A stretch of 44,534 bases of DNA, counting the filler, from Jimgerdemannia flammicorona (lineage: Eukaryota), in NCBI GenBank assembly GCA_003990765.1. It is 2 parts of 2 records of this genome, joined end to end, with 100 filler letters (N's around TTAATTAATTAA, not from the genome) between each part and the next. Parts side by side here need not be neighbours in the genome. Positions count along the whole stretch, not along the records: positions 1 to 22,220 come from RBNJ01001316.1; 1 more part is not named here. The stretch is one strand, 5' to 3'. The notes under the pieces were generated by a model. It did no database searches. It was given only the letters and a program-made list of their open reading frames with translations, and had not been told where the DNA came from. The position numbers were made by a program, and so were the translations under genes. Below, one piece after another: positions 1-12,516 of the stretch. Position 1 is the first letter of the stretch, and every line of letters begins with the position of its first letter.

Positions 1-309
1 GATAGTAAATTTAAATCCTCTCAGCTTTGGCACAACGTTGTGCGAAAATAAGTTCTAAATATACGCCACTATGCTGATTCCCTACAACAACCTCCCTACC
101 TTGAAAACAAACAACTTGTAAATTTAGATGCTCAGCTTCTTACCAATATACCGTCAAACCGTGCGAAGAACTCAAATATTTGCCAAAGATGATTATAAAG
201 TGGGAGTCGTTTGCCCTCTAAAATAAAACCAAATAAACCCTTCAAAAAGAAACCTGCTGCCTCTCCAAAGACCAAACATCTCTCTCCCAAAAATCACATT
301 TCATCCAAA

Positions 310-819
310 ATGAAATTCTCGTCCGTCGTCGCAGTTTTCGCTCTTCTCGCAATCCTGTCCCCACCGAGCTCAGTAAGGCAGAGGGCCTGAAGCATGAGAT
401 ACTTCAGAAGAGAATGGCTTGTACAATTATACATCCAAATGGCAATGTCCGGGCCTGTGAGTATCCATAAATTTACGATAACATCAGGGATGTCAACGAA
501 ACCTCTATCTCCTGCATTTGCTACAAGGTGGATGAGGCATTTAACGGGAATAAGTAAGTAACGACTTCAAACTCTTTGTTACTCCTTCCAATACCTTTTC
601 TCTGTTGTATTCAAATTATCAAACTCATCTTCCCTCTTCAAGGCATTGGTGCAAGATTGCCAAAGGCCAATACATTAACGATTTCTTCATCGGCCCCGAA
701 TGTGGTAAGTGTTGTCATAGTTTAAACTTCACCCATACGAAATATATCCGTCACACGAGCACAAAGGCCCTGACATTATTTCTCTTGCAGATACAGTCGC
801 GGAATGCCCTCAGCCTTGA
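310..819 (+). pseudogene. Small secreted cysteine-rich protein (3 exons), disrupted by a frameshift and a stop
   Basis: Read by eye. ATG 310 gives signal-like MKFSSVVAVFALLAILS. After a 1-nt frameshift at ~361 the frame reads TELSKAEGLKHEILQKR-MACTIIHPNGNVRACEYP*IYDNIRDVNETSISCICYKVDEAFNGN, with an in-frame TAA at 468. GT-AG introns at 554-642 and 705-790 join in phase to give K-HWCKIAKGQYINDFFIGPEC and D-TVAECPQP* (TGA 817-819). There are 7 Cys and a KR dibasic site. Confidence 0.7.
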
Positions 820-3129
820 AAAAGCTCTTCGCAACAAATCAACTTTGGCTTATTCACCCATTAAATATTTGACTACGTTTTTAAAGAGTTTACCATTATT
901 TTCCATTCTGTATTGTTTTAAAATTCGTCAATGAATTCGGTTGGCAATATCAGAAATGTTACCTTTCTGGAATAAACAAATTATCTATCATAACTATCAA
1001 TTTTACAGTTTTTTTGTTTGAAGAGCTGCCTTACATATTTCCAAAAGGAATGTCTGGGTAACACCCCTATGACCGAATGCATTTTCTTGGCATTTTCATT
1101 TATTAATTCATTTTTTGTGAGTCTCTCCCAGTTTCGTAATGGCCATTGCTGCAATTTACAATTTCTACGGATTTCCCTAAGGACCAAAAAAAAAAAATAA
1201 AATAAAATAAAAAAATGTGTATCTTATATATCACAAAATCCAATCTTAAATAGTGTCCGGCAACTCGACCAGCAAAGTCGGTTTCGACTCGGGTAAGGTC
1301 GGCGCGTCATGTCAGCGTGCCAGGTTTGCGACACCAGGACACCACATTTCCAATGATTGTGGGTCCAATGGTGACACCTACGTCCTATAGCAGAACCGTA
1401 GTTTCGGTAATAAAGTTGATAATGTCATTGGATAAATATAGAGATATCAGTGGTGTTCGATTTGACAAGTCGGATGTAAGGGACTATGTCGAGGTAATTT
1501 GTGCGAATTAAGAAATCTTCAAGCACAAAATGACTCCTGAAAACTTTATATCGCAGCCACCAATCTGCGAGTCAACGTTCTGATTTGTGGTATTGTTGAT
1601 GGTATCTTGCTTCGTCCCTTTCACTGCCTGAATAAAAAAAACCCCCCATTCCCCAATCTCCACCACACCATAAATATAATAAAATAAAAATAATCTGTCC
1701 GACGAATGACATTTTCTAGAAGACAACAAACGTCAGTGATATTTTCATGGGGACCGAATTGTACCGATTAGCGCACGCCTACCCTTGGGGCGGAAGCAGA
1801 AATCGGGCACCATACATAAGAGGATGAAAAGTGCTAATTTCTGGCAACGTTTTCCAAAAATTCAGTATAAATGGTTGCCATGTGGCTTCAAGCGATAAAT
1901 GTCGATATGCAAATTAAACTGTAACCACGCCACAAACCTACGAAGGTCTGAAGGGCACAGCCTACACAGCCGTCGTAAAAAGGGTTAACGTAAAAGAGGA
2001 ATTTATCCATTTGAATATCTGTCATAGGATGAAAGGTGGCGTGGAGAGAGTTGATGAAATGGTAGATGCATATCTATCATTCATCAAATGCTTGCAAAAA
2101 TCAATCAATTATCTCGTCAGTATATATCAATGTACCTTCCTTACAGACAGTGCACCTTCGTCCCTAGCTTTGTTGGACGCCTCCCTCCAAGGACGATTAC
2201 ACGACGGGCATATACAACCTTCCAAATTTTGACCGCCATGCGAGCAGAAAGACAACCAATTTAAAATCATCTCTCAAGCTCTCGATGTAATGAATGGTGA
2301 GGTGTCAGTGACAGTGAGTTAAAGGGAGTCAAACAATCCTTGATGTGCGAGCGAGAATGGTGATGTTGACGGAGCATGAGGGAATAGTATTGAGAGCCAT
2401 AAGGAGTGCAGGTGTACTCACTTCTTAAATAGTCGATTTAATCACCTACAGTGGAATATGATGAATGATTTAATTGCTTTGATGCTATCTTGCATCACGC
2501 AAAAGTATCATGCCAAGGTGCAGCTGGAATGATAGATGTTGACCAACAAGACGGAAGATATAGAATCACAGATCCAAAAGATAATGACATATTACTGGCA
2601 TACTTATAATAGACTGAGATGTTCCATATTTGAGAGTGCAATGCCATTTCCATAGCTGTGAGATATTCATAGGTTCAAACATAATTTTTTCTGGAATTCT
2701 CAAACTTTGTACATTGATCTGGTATTTTATATTAAAATTTAGAATCAGAAAGTTGGAATCTGATGTACATCAGCAATGGATTCGTCGACTCCTATCCTAG
2801 GATGAGATTTGCTACCCTACCGGGCAAAGGATCAAAAGGCCTCAAAACCGCCAAAGGATCCACTTTGAGGAAAGCCTCTCAAAACCAATCGTTCTAAGAA
2901 AACAAAATCAAAATCGAAAGTGGCCATGTAGAAAATACAATCCAAAACGTAGCGCGGAACAACGTCACTTGCTCTTGAGTCTTCGGGGTTTAAATCACTT
3001 CAAATGGAAGTATTGCCCGTTCACAACTGCCAAAATCAACCAGTGGAATGTAGCTCAACATACTCAACGTATGAATAAAGGGGAAAAAAAAGCACCCCGG
3101 GTGTCCAAAATTTTTGCATTACAGACATT

Positions 3130-3300
3130 GGGATATTAAATGCCTTTGGATGAGATGTTATAAAATTACATAATAGAACACTTGGGAACATGATCTTCGC
3201 TATAGTTATAGTGGTAATCATGGTCATGTAGCCGCACCCGTTGCTACTGCGCCTCTTCCTCATGATCACGTATAGAGTAGTAAGTTCAGTCCAATTCAAG
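3130..3300 (-). pseudogene. Diverged duplicate of the 3' end and 3' flank of the DUF4246-like gene
   Basis: gtagccgcacccgttgctactgcgcctcttcc (~3228) resembles gtagccgcacccgatgttgttgcgactcttcc (~4468). ggatattaaatgcctttggatgaga (3131) resembles ggatactaaatgcattcggatgaga (4362). It translates as EEEAQ*QRVRLHD versus EESQQHRVRLQD. Confidence 0.55.
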
Positions 3301-3687
3301 AATGAAGAGATTGGAGGTAGTTAATGCGATTCTGCACGTAGGCGTCGTTCTTTGCTGTTCTGCGCTTAATCATCGTTCATCGCCGTTCTGCGCTTAGTCC
3401 GTCGTCGTCCTCACCGTCATCAAAACTCTGTACTTAGTTGTCGTTCATCGCTGTTCTGCACTGAGTCCATCGTCGTCGTCATCGCCATCGTCATCGTCAT
3501 CGTTATTTTTCTCTTTATCGTCGTTTATCGCTTCGTCGTGATCGTCGTTCTGCGCTTGATCTTCGGTCATCGCCGTCCTGTGCTTAATTATCGCTATGGA
3601 CTCAGTCGTCGTTCATCGCTATTCTGTGCTTCATCGTTTATCGTTCTAAGTTTAGTCGTCCGTCATCCGTCGTCCATTGCCCATCTT

Positions 3688-3860
3688 CCGTCGTCTTTCG
3701 TCACCTGTCGCCTGTCGTCTTTCGTCACCTGTCGCCTGTCGTCTTTCGTCACCTGTCGCCCGTCGTCTTTCGTCAACTGTCGCCCGTCGTCTTTCGTCAC
3801 CTGTCGCCTGTCGTCTTTCGTCACCTGTCGCCCGTCGTCTTTCGTCACCTGTCGCCTGTC
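3688..3860. repeat. Minisatellite, 24-bp unit c(c/t)gtcgtctttcgtcacctgtcgc, about 7 copies, within a gtc-rich low-complexity tract (3340-3860)
   Basis: Near-identical tandem copies are directly visible. They explain the repetitive ORFs at 3538-3904. Confidence 0.92.
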
Positions 3861-4435
3861 AACCATCCTCCAACTCATTTAAAAATAAATTAGTTTTAGT
3901 TTAGTCTAATTTCCATTATTTTTTATTTATTTCCTTTATATTGATACTATATAATAATAAAAAAGAGAAAATTTGGGTGTTTGAGTGCACATTTATGGGC
4001 GAGCTGAATTGGAAATATGTGGAATCGCATCTGCATCGGCATCGGACATCTTCATTGGAGAAATCTGGATCGGGGACATCGCACATCTCGACTGGAACTC
4101 TAGGTGACATCTGACATCTAAGACATCTACAATATCTGAGGCTTTATTGCCATCCTGTAGTCCAGAATGTTTTTATGATAATTGCTGACCAACTTGTTCA
4201 GCTTCGACTCCTTTTATGACCCTCTGGAATTATGGTCATACCTAAGGTTGTTATATTCGATTTCTTTCAGAGAAGTCAAGAACTGTGTCTGAAATTTCTT
4301 TGAGAGCAAACCCATCGTTTATTTAAGATATTTTATATATTTGACTGCGTTACAGACTATGGGATACTAAATGCATTCGGATGAGAAATTAAAAGATTAT
4401 ATAACCAAACATCTTGAATGCGGGAAGAGGTCATA

Positions 4436-5017
4436 TTAAGCTTTTTCAGAGTATTTGTTATTGTCTTGTAGCCGCACCCGATGTTGTTGCGACTCTTCCA
4501 ATATGACCCCCGTTTTGGCCAACTCCATGATCTCGAACATGATTTCGGTCGGCATCTCTCTCCCGATCGTCCTCATCACTACGTTCAGCGCTGTCATGAC
4601 CCGGAGCCGCAGGCGGTCCCACTGCTGCCCGCCAACGTACTTGGTGGACACAAACTCATGATCTGGATCGACAAGGAGGAAACCGAGCTCCTTGCAGATG
4701 CCAACCTCAGTCTTTGATTTGTTAAAGATCCCCGAAACCTGGTGCCTTCTTGTGTTGCAAAACGCGAGCAGTCGGGCCTCCGTAGTCTTGGCCTCGCCAT
4801 CCCAGAACGCGAGCCCGTGGTCCATGAGATGCGGGGAGGTCGAGTAGTAGTAGATACCAGAGGCAATGATGTGTTCGTGTGACAAGCTATCCATTTCCCG
4901 CTCCCCTTTGTACGAATTATCACCTGGCTGGATAATGTAGTTGACCGCCTTGACAATGACTTGCAGCTCGCGCGAGCGGAGGGGCGTCGCCAGAAATTGC
5001 TCGAACATTGGTACCAC
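4436..5017 (-). pseudogene. DUF4246-like protein (C-terminal 2OG-Fe(II) oxygenase-like domain), N-terminally truncated and degenerate
   Basis: The motifs LQVIVKAVNY, EHIIASGIYYY, RLLAFCNTRRHQV, FLLVDP and STKYVGGQQWD resemble the DUF4246 pattern as recalled (LQVIVK..N, EHIVATGIYYY, LLAFPN..QH.V, FFLVDP, ST..VPPQQ.DW). The WHVEG motif reads REMDS here, and no N-terminal half is visible. Confidence 0.7.
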
Positions 5018-5861
5018 GAAGCTCTTTGGAGGTGATGTAACGACATCAAGTTAATCGCATTATTATATGGCTAACATAGCAACCAGCTATTGGGAAAACG
5101 GATAAATTAAATATGTGCTGACTTTGCGATACGGACACGAAAGAATATAATCAATATTTTTCTAGACTACAATAGCGATACAGGGATTTTGGTAACTTTG
5201 GCACGTTGGATATGATAATATCCTGCCAAAGAGGACCCTACCGCCAGGTTAATCCAGCGTGGGTTGGCGGCAGAGGTTTGCACCGATGGCTGTTATCGAC
5301 AAATTTATCGCATCGATTGGGGGCATTTAGCTGCCAAAGTTGTAAGCGTGTGCGAGACTAAACAACCTCTATTGTTCGTTTAAACTGGCACGTTCATCAT
5401 TATGGCAGTTAAATTAAGTTTTACAATAACAATGAACAAGATCAAGCGGAACATTTGAATTTTGCCTAATAGCATAGAATACCGAGTTCTCCAAGGCGCA
5501 CCCAGGGGGGACTAACGAAATCGTGAAATCGTTGCCTGCGGTTTGTCAAGGTGGTGTTGAATTAAGAATTCCGTCGTCGCATAACCACAATAAAGATATG
5601 CATAGATAGTTCGATCTGAAAACCGCAACCAACAGGCCACAACGCGCAAACATGTACACTCGCATTCAGCCAATGCCTTCCAGGGATTCCCGAACGACAG
5701 TATGCCGTGTAATGGTTGATGACGCCGTTCCCCGTCGACATAGACATCGTTGGGCGTGCTCCTAGACGTACGCGCGACATTTTTTCCAGACACAAGGTGT
5801 TGTCTAGCGCGGCATTTTATACGCTCCTTTTGATTTCCTATTACTTGGCAATAAAGACAGT

Positions 5862-5901
<40 letters not shown>

Positions 5902-6669
5902 CTCGGAAGCCCGGTTCTGATGTGTACACCGCCATTATGTTGCTGTGCGCGCCTTTCAACAAGTATAATTTGTGGAAAGACCGAATTCTGGGGAAATGTC
6001 ACATGCGGCTTCTGGTTTATTCGCTCGGCCATCGTTTTCTTTGTCGACCAGACGCTACTATTTGTCTCTGATCTTTGTCCGATGCACTGCGCTGCTTGAC
6101 GTTCAATATGGAGAGTTTTATTGTAAAAAATAACTTGTATCATGTATGTCCCCCCACACGCAATCCGAAATCGACGCTGACGAGATGGTGATCTTCGAGC
6201 ATGGTAGGTTGGCATTGGAAATTATTCAGCCATGATTGAAAACGCCTTCACCTAACTACCAAATTACCAACAGTATCCAACAACCCCTGCCCGGTCATCC
6301 CCCCCCTTTCTCTTCCGACTCCATCCGCAACCTTCACCACCCTCGCCATCGATACTGCCTCCGACGCCCACACACTCACCATGCAAATCGAAACCATCGC
6401 TGCCCTGGATCGACCGACTCGCCGTACTGATCGACCAACTCGCAGTACTGAGCGCAATAGAGTCGGCAGATGCGTTCGCGGAGGCGCGTGCAGGGGCCGA
6501 CACAGATTCCTGCCTTCGGATTCCAGGTTGAGATGGATACCGTAAACATGATAGCGTTGGTGTTTGGTGGCACTGGTATGATTAAATCACATTTGTTCAT
6601 CGCGGTTTATTTGGCCGCTCGCCATTACACTCACAAATATCATCACGTTTGCCGTTCCATTCTATATAA

Positions 6670-7640
6670 TCATGCGTAGGCACCGTGGGCAGGGCCCTCG
6701 TCCGTCAGCTGCTCGAGGTAGGGGTTTACGGGCGTTGTCCCCGTTGGACGCAGGGAGGTCGAACTTCGAGGCACGGTGCCTACGAATAGGCTGGTAAGTT
6801 TCCTTTTTTTTTTTGTCCTTTTTGCACGCATGATGACCACGGCGTTCTCGAGGTTATCGTAATCGATCACCTTTTGAGTCTAGGGGTAGGCGATGATTAG
6901 AGCATGTGGCGGATTAATTGTGCAAGCCAAACGAGATACATGGCCGATAGTACATAACACATGAACTCCTCAAGCAATATTTATTACTTGAATTGCTCAA
7001 GATATTTTCACCGCCTTCCGCGGAGCCGAGTAAGATCGCCTCGCACCCTGTTGTCACAACATAATCTCTACTACCGTCCGCAGCGTCGATTTTTACTGTC
7101 TCTGCACAGCCCGCACCTCCGTCGCCGCTAGGAGCGTCGCCCAGTTGGCCAGGATCATTGCGCAAGTGAACCCATGAGGGTGAGGGCGGCCTGTCACTCG
7201 TAGATTATTTGTATTGCTCGATGCTGATGAGTTGGTTGGTAGAAAGGGCAGGTGGACAGGATGCGTTGTAAAGCACCCTTGGATTTTATGGCATCGTACA
7301 CTTGACTATACCCACGCTTCATAAATTCAAAAAATCTTCCATTGCTGGCAAACATTCGCACCCCTCTACATGCGCTCCAAAAGCATAACCTCTTGCACTC
7401 GGGTTCGCCGAGGGAATCGCCTTCAGTTATGTCCGCCATTGCAGCCTCTTCATCCCCTCGCCACCGTCGGCCGCGCCATGATTAACGTCAGCGCCGGCGC
7501 AGTGTCCAGCTACAATACAAATATAATGACGCGGGAACGGAATTTGCTTTCGTCGGAAATAAACAGATAATGGCGCGCTTGGTGGGGAGGAAACGGCAGA
7601 GGGGGGGACGGCCGCAGGGACAGAGAGGGCCGCTGGGATC
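6670..7640 (-). pseudogene. Unidentified degenerate multi-exon gene fragment
   Basis: CpG-rich coding-like blocks, with an acceptor-like cccctag before TQKVIDYDNLENAVVIMRAK. Frames shift between blocks and no family is recognised. Confidence 0.25.
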
Positions 7641-7829
7641 CCTGGACTAGATGGGAAACCTGGTGGTATGGATGATAACACCCTGTTGACAATGATAGAA
7701 GTGACAATGATGGAAGTGACAATGAGTTCCTCACAGCCATTGGCTGCTGCTTCACTGTCCTGCCCACCTTCTCTGATGTGGTTCCTTCTGAATATGTCCG
7801 TGTGCACCTCCCCCCCCCCCCCCCCCCCA

Positions 7830-9055
7830 CCAGTCCTAGGAAACTCATCTATAATAACCTCAAACCCAAAGATAGTAAATCTTTTGTACTCTCTCTATCA
7901 CAACTTCTTCAAGGCTGTCAGAGATTTAGACTGGGTCTTACCAATCATAATGTACTATCTACAATATACTCTATCTTATAATCATTATTCAATATGTTCT
8001 TAAATTATACAGTAACAGAACTGATATCTACTATGGCCTAATTTATAATATAATTATTATTTCTATAGTAGAGAAACTCTAAGACTTACTTCAGATCAGA
8101 TTTTATAAATCTGAATACATTTGTATCTACTGATATATCAAGCTTATTAAATTAGTTAAATAGTCTCTTGCTCTTATATCTATATACTGTAATGAGCAAA
8201 CATTATGTATAGCCAGATAATATATAAAATACCCAGCATAGTTACCCACATAGTTACTCCTTATATCATCTATTATATAAATAACTAATATATCAAATTA
8301 GGACAAATTTTATAAATCTAGAATACATCTATATCCTGAGGAAACATCTATATTCTGAAGAAATATCTATTCCCTGAGAGAATACCTTTCTAAATTAGCC
8401 TTACTGTATATTTTATAATTAATCACATAGCAACCAGCTAGCAACCATAACTATATAAATACTCTAGTAATAAGAGTGAATAAACCTCAGTCTAAAATAT
8501 TTCAAAACAAAAAACAAGTCTGCCTAATATACTTCCAGAGATATATCTATTAAAAGTTACTTAATCTAGAAAAGATTATAATACTTAGAAGAAATGCTGT
8601 CTCTATAGCTACTACTTAGAAAATTATAAGAAGATACTGTAAAAAAGAAAAAAAAAAAAAAAATAAAAGAAAAAACTATAAAAAAAAAAAAAAAAAAAAA
8701 AATTACAAGCTTTCTTTTCCACTCTGATCTACTTTCTAATATAAAGAAGAGAAGTCTGCTGATTTTGGTCTGCTTATTAGATTAAGTCTGGATTTAAGAA
8801 CTCTGTCTCTTTGATATATTTGTCAGATAATATCAGAAGAGAAATCTGTTATATTTATAAGAATTGGTATCACTTGAGAGAAATTAAATAAAGGTTGAAA
8901 AATGTCTAGGAGTAGTGAGAAGAGAGAATAGTAAGAGGAATAGGTAGGATGATTTGAGAGAGAGATTAGTGAGTTATATTAGTAATGAGTAGCTTATAAT
9001 TAGGTGAGTTTTGGTGGTATGAATGAAACTGACTAGATACTGGTTATATGCAGTA
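7830..9055. mobile_element. CpG-depleted, AT-rich degenerate repeat/transposon relic
   Basis: There is an abrupt loss of CG dinucleotides with TpA enrichment between two CpG-rich islands, and no ORFs. The family is not identifiable. Confidence 0.55.
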
Positions 9056-9074
9056 CTTGACATCACGCGAAAAC

Positions 9075-9452
9075 ATGTTCCGTGCCACTGGCCTCAACTC
9101 CCTCTTAAAGACCGCGTCGCGCGTTGCCGCCCACCAGCCTCCACGGTCCGTCGCTCGCATTGCCCCGGCCATCTTTACTCGCCTCTATTCTGCTTCCACA
9201 AGTCTGTCGCGTAGCGACATTGAATCCAGAGTCCTCGACATTCTCAAGGGCTTCGATAAAGTCGACCCCGCCAAGGTATCGCTAAATGCCCACTTCTCGA
9301 ACGATCTAGGCCTTGACTCGCTCGACACGGTCGAGGTGGTGATGGCTATCGAGGAAGAGTTTTCGGTGGAGATTCCCGACAAGGATGCCGACGAGATCAA
9401 GTCCGCGGTGCAAGCCGTGGAGTACATTTCCAAGCGCGAGGATGCCCATTAA
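9075..9452 (+). CDS. ACP1: Mitochondrial acyl carrier protein (complex I NDUFAB1/SDAP subunit), intronless
   Basis: An Arg/Ser-rich presequence MFRATGLNSLLKTASR...RLYS precedes the ACP core with the phosphopantetheine motif DLGLDSLDTVEVVMAIEEEF and EIPDKDADEI. The likely start is ATG 9075 in aaaacATG context. An AATAAA lies at ~9560. Confidence 0.95.
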   Translation: MFRATGLNSLLKTASRVAAHQPPRSVARIAPAIFTRLYSASTSLSRSDIESRVLDILKGFDKVDPAKVSLNAHFSNDLGLDSLDTVEVVMAIEEEFSVEIPDKDADEIKSAVQAVEYISKREDAH

Positions 9453-10269
9453 TTGGGAAATGGATGCGACGGGTGGTTGACCATTACTAGACGAGATGGG
9501 TTGTCAGACAGGAAATGGTTGGGTGTTAAACATTTTTTCCTTTTCACCATATACATGTCAATAAAACTGCGTGTGGCAGAAAACGATGCGCCTGGATGAG
9601 CGCCGAACAGTACGATCCCCTTTTACAAATCATTATTGCCAAGAAAATATCGCGGCATTGCGCACCTATTCGATACGCATTCATATGTCACGCTTGTCGA
9701 TTTAGTTGGCGTTATAACCTTCCATCGCCACAACACCATTCCACAATGATTAATATAAATTATTGCCAAGGCTTTCAATCCACTACGTCCTATTCACTTG
9801 ACTGTGTTTAGCGATTCCTTCGCACAGCCGACTGGCCGTAAGGGCCTTCGCCTTCGAAGGGACTCGACGACCTGATACTCGTAAGGCAGATTTCGTCTCG
9901 CTGTGTCCCCCAAATCTTTTGAACATTTTTTGCCTGAATGTCGTTTGGCTTGTCCCGTTCATTTCTACCACCTACCAAGAAGGTCCCCATGGCATTTTGC
10001 AGATATAGTATCCACGCAGAAATTCTTAAATTCTATTCAAGTTAATAACGTTTATATAAAGCTCGAGGCCCGTAAGTATATGTATGTATGTTGTGTATTT
10101 ATTTCAAATTACCCTTTGCACGCTTATTCAGAGGTGTCGCTACAATAAACATGCCATCGCTTTGCCATCGTTTCTGGTGTACACGGTGCTACTTCCTGAT
10201 CATTCACCGTCTCACCTGATGTTTGCGTCTATTTACATGTTCCAACACCTCCATTCCCTCCACGAGCTT

Positions 10270-11830
10270 ACCATTGAGTGTGTCTAAAACATTGACAACG
10301 GATTCCATCTGGTGGATGGAGCTGGGGAGCAGGCATTCTTCGACAAGGACGAGATGGAAGAGATCTTGGAACTTGATCATCGCGTAGGTTTTGATCTTGT
10401 ATTCTAGTTCAGAGGGAGGTGAGAAGGGATTGCATTATATCTATTAATCTTATTATAACAAAAGATACCTTACCAACAACTTGTAAACCCCACGCGATGA
10501 CAACCTCATCGACCAAAGCGCTCCCCAGGTTCTTCTCGGCGCGAATAAGAACATCGCGCATGCCTTTTGCCAGCTTGACCTTGTCTGACCATGCTTTTTC
10601 CTTGAAGTTTCCGTTCCGGTATCTCGCCTGACACATTCACCAGTAGTATTCCTGGATGCCAACTCATAGCCTTACAGGTCACAAGGAAGTCGCATTCGTT
10701 CCCGATTCTGGCGGGTCACGATCAGTGTTGCGACGCTCAGCAGAGCTCATTCCCGTTATAAGTAAAGAATCATCAAAAAGTCAGTAATAGTTATAACGTT
10801 GAACATTTCACAATGTAGGATATATACCAACTAAGAGCGAAGACGGAGTGTGTCGTCTCATTCATTCGACGTATCCCACGCAGCTTGAAGGACTTGATTC
10901 GTTTCCACAAATCCTTGACCTTAGCTTCCTCTGCGCTTACGATGCTTATGGTTATCACATTTTGTGTCTGACATATGTATCATATGTTAAAATTTAAATA
11001 AAATTAACGTCGGACTGCGAAAAATGATATAAAATACCTTTTCAAGCTTGTCATACAGGGGAGGCGTAGAATTCAGATGAAACGAAATATTTTTACGGAC
11101 TGCCAATAGTATCAGCGGAAAAGCTGTATAATAGACAGTCCGACAGTAGTCATGAATTCACGGTCCAATTCCCTGGTTTATTTGAGGATGGCGTCGATAT
11201 CGTAAATGATGAGTCAGGGGTATCCTCCATTAGATCTTGCAGGAGTTGCTGATCCTCCTGATTATTTTTCTCTTCTTCGAACTCCTCGTGTCCTTCCTCC
11301 TCTCCTCCACAACCTCAACCTCAACCTCAACCTCATCCTCATCCTCATCCTCATCCTCCCTATCCTCATCATCATCCTTATCTTTGGCATCTGCTGAGGT
11401 TGTTGGTGCCGAGAACCCGCCGCTTCCGCTTGTTCCGTAATCGTGTCTTGATACAAGAGAACCTACCAGCGAGTGAAATAGTGTACGCACGTTATGGCCT
11501 TAAGTCTCCAAATGATAGACATATACCTGATCGACACGACTACCCTTGTTTTTCGTCTGCCAAGTTTTGCCAAAAGTTAGTCAAGATCAAGACAAATATT
11601 GACTAAGTGATAACCTATACGCAATTTCTTTACGCTTTGTTGCGGAGAGTCTTTTTCACATAATTGTTTTCCTCGATCGTGACCGCCTTAGCAATGATTC
11701 TCTCCTTCATTCCGCAAGGTATTTGCTTTGAACGAAGACATTCGAGAATGGGCACCACTCTTCACGACCCGAAGTTATCGACAGTGCTGTCGAAGAATTC
11801 GTCGATACCGGATGTGATTTTAGAGGACAT
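10270..11830 (-). pseudogene. Crinkler-like/PD-(D/E)xK (restriction-endonuclease-fold) family pseudogene, multi-exon
   Basis: The start reads MSSKITSGIDEFFDSTVDNFGS*RVVPILECL, followed by an acidic linker (11230-11490). The frameshifted core reads SSAERRNTDRD..RIGNECDFLVTCK, then KAWSDKVKLAKGMRDVL...WGLQVV, an intron, and YKIKTYAMIKFQDLFHLVLVEECLLPSSI. This resembles recalled Mucoromycota/Glomeromycota expanded nuclease-fold proteins. Several frameshifts and stops are present, and the last exon may extend to ~9783. Confidence 0.6.
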
Positions 11831-12516
11831 GGTTTTGGATGTAGATAAGGGTTGTTCGTCCTGGCGAAGGGTTGTTCGTTGGCGAACAGTTGTTGCTGGC
11901 GAACAGTTGTTCTTGCTGGCGAAGAGTTGTTCACCGTGCAAGATCGCGAGGGAAGAAGGTTCGCCGTCGATGACAGAAAGTGGTCTATAGCGGCAACCGT
12001 CACAAAGCCAGTAAAGCATATGACTAGAGGGTGGGGTTTTCATTTCGCGTCTCACGATCAGTCGGAACACATGCACCAATGTCAGTGAGGCCTTCAATAT
12101 TTATCAAGCTTATTTGAACAGCATTGGCCAACTGTCTCTAATGTCTGGACTTATTACAATGAAGGCTTTTCCACCAAGTAATGCTTGGAAAGTTTATATC
12201 TGTTAGCTGGAGAAATACAAGAAGTCAAGTATACACATTAATGGTATTGTATCTGAGAAGTGTCAGAAGACTAAAACTTCTTTTGTTCAAACAATTTGGA
12301 GAGAGCCAAGCCACAAATATATTCTTTTGCAAAAAGCAACATGTTTAACAGTTTTTACTTTACCTTTTTAGATATACTAGGTTCAGAGTAAGTCTAATCT
12401 TTATTCAATATTACTTTTATTAGGTTTAGCTAAGTTTTGAGAGAATAATGAGCTAGAAATTAATAGACTTAGAGAGATTAAAGAAGCAAAGAACAGAATT
12501 AGAACTTTTTAGAAAT

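Noticed and set aside
605..934. 109-aa ORF from the track
   Set aside because: It reads through introns of the small secreted gene, and only HWCK...PEC is exonic.
2130..2270. Minus-strand peptide with CICPSCNRPW (RING-like?)
   Set aside because: It is too short, and the remaining ligands and gene structure are not visible.
3688..3860. Regular repeats suggestive of a CRISPR array
   Set aside because: The units are head-to-tail with no unique spacers, no cas genes are present, and the context is eukaryotic.
9048..9074. Longer ACP N-terminus (MQYLTSREN)
   Set aside because: It begins in the CpG-depleted relic. ATG 9075 has better context and yields a typical presequence.
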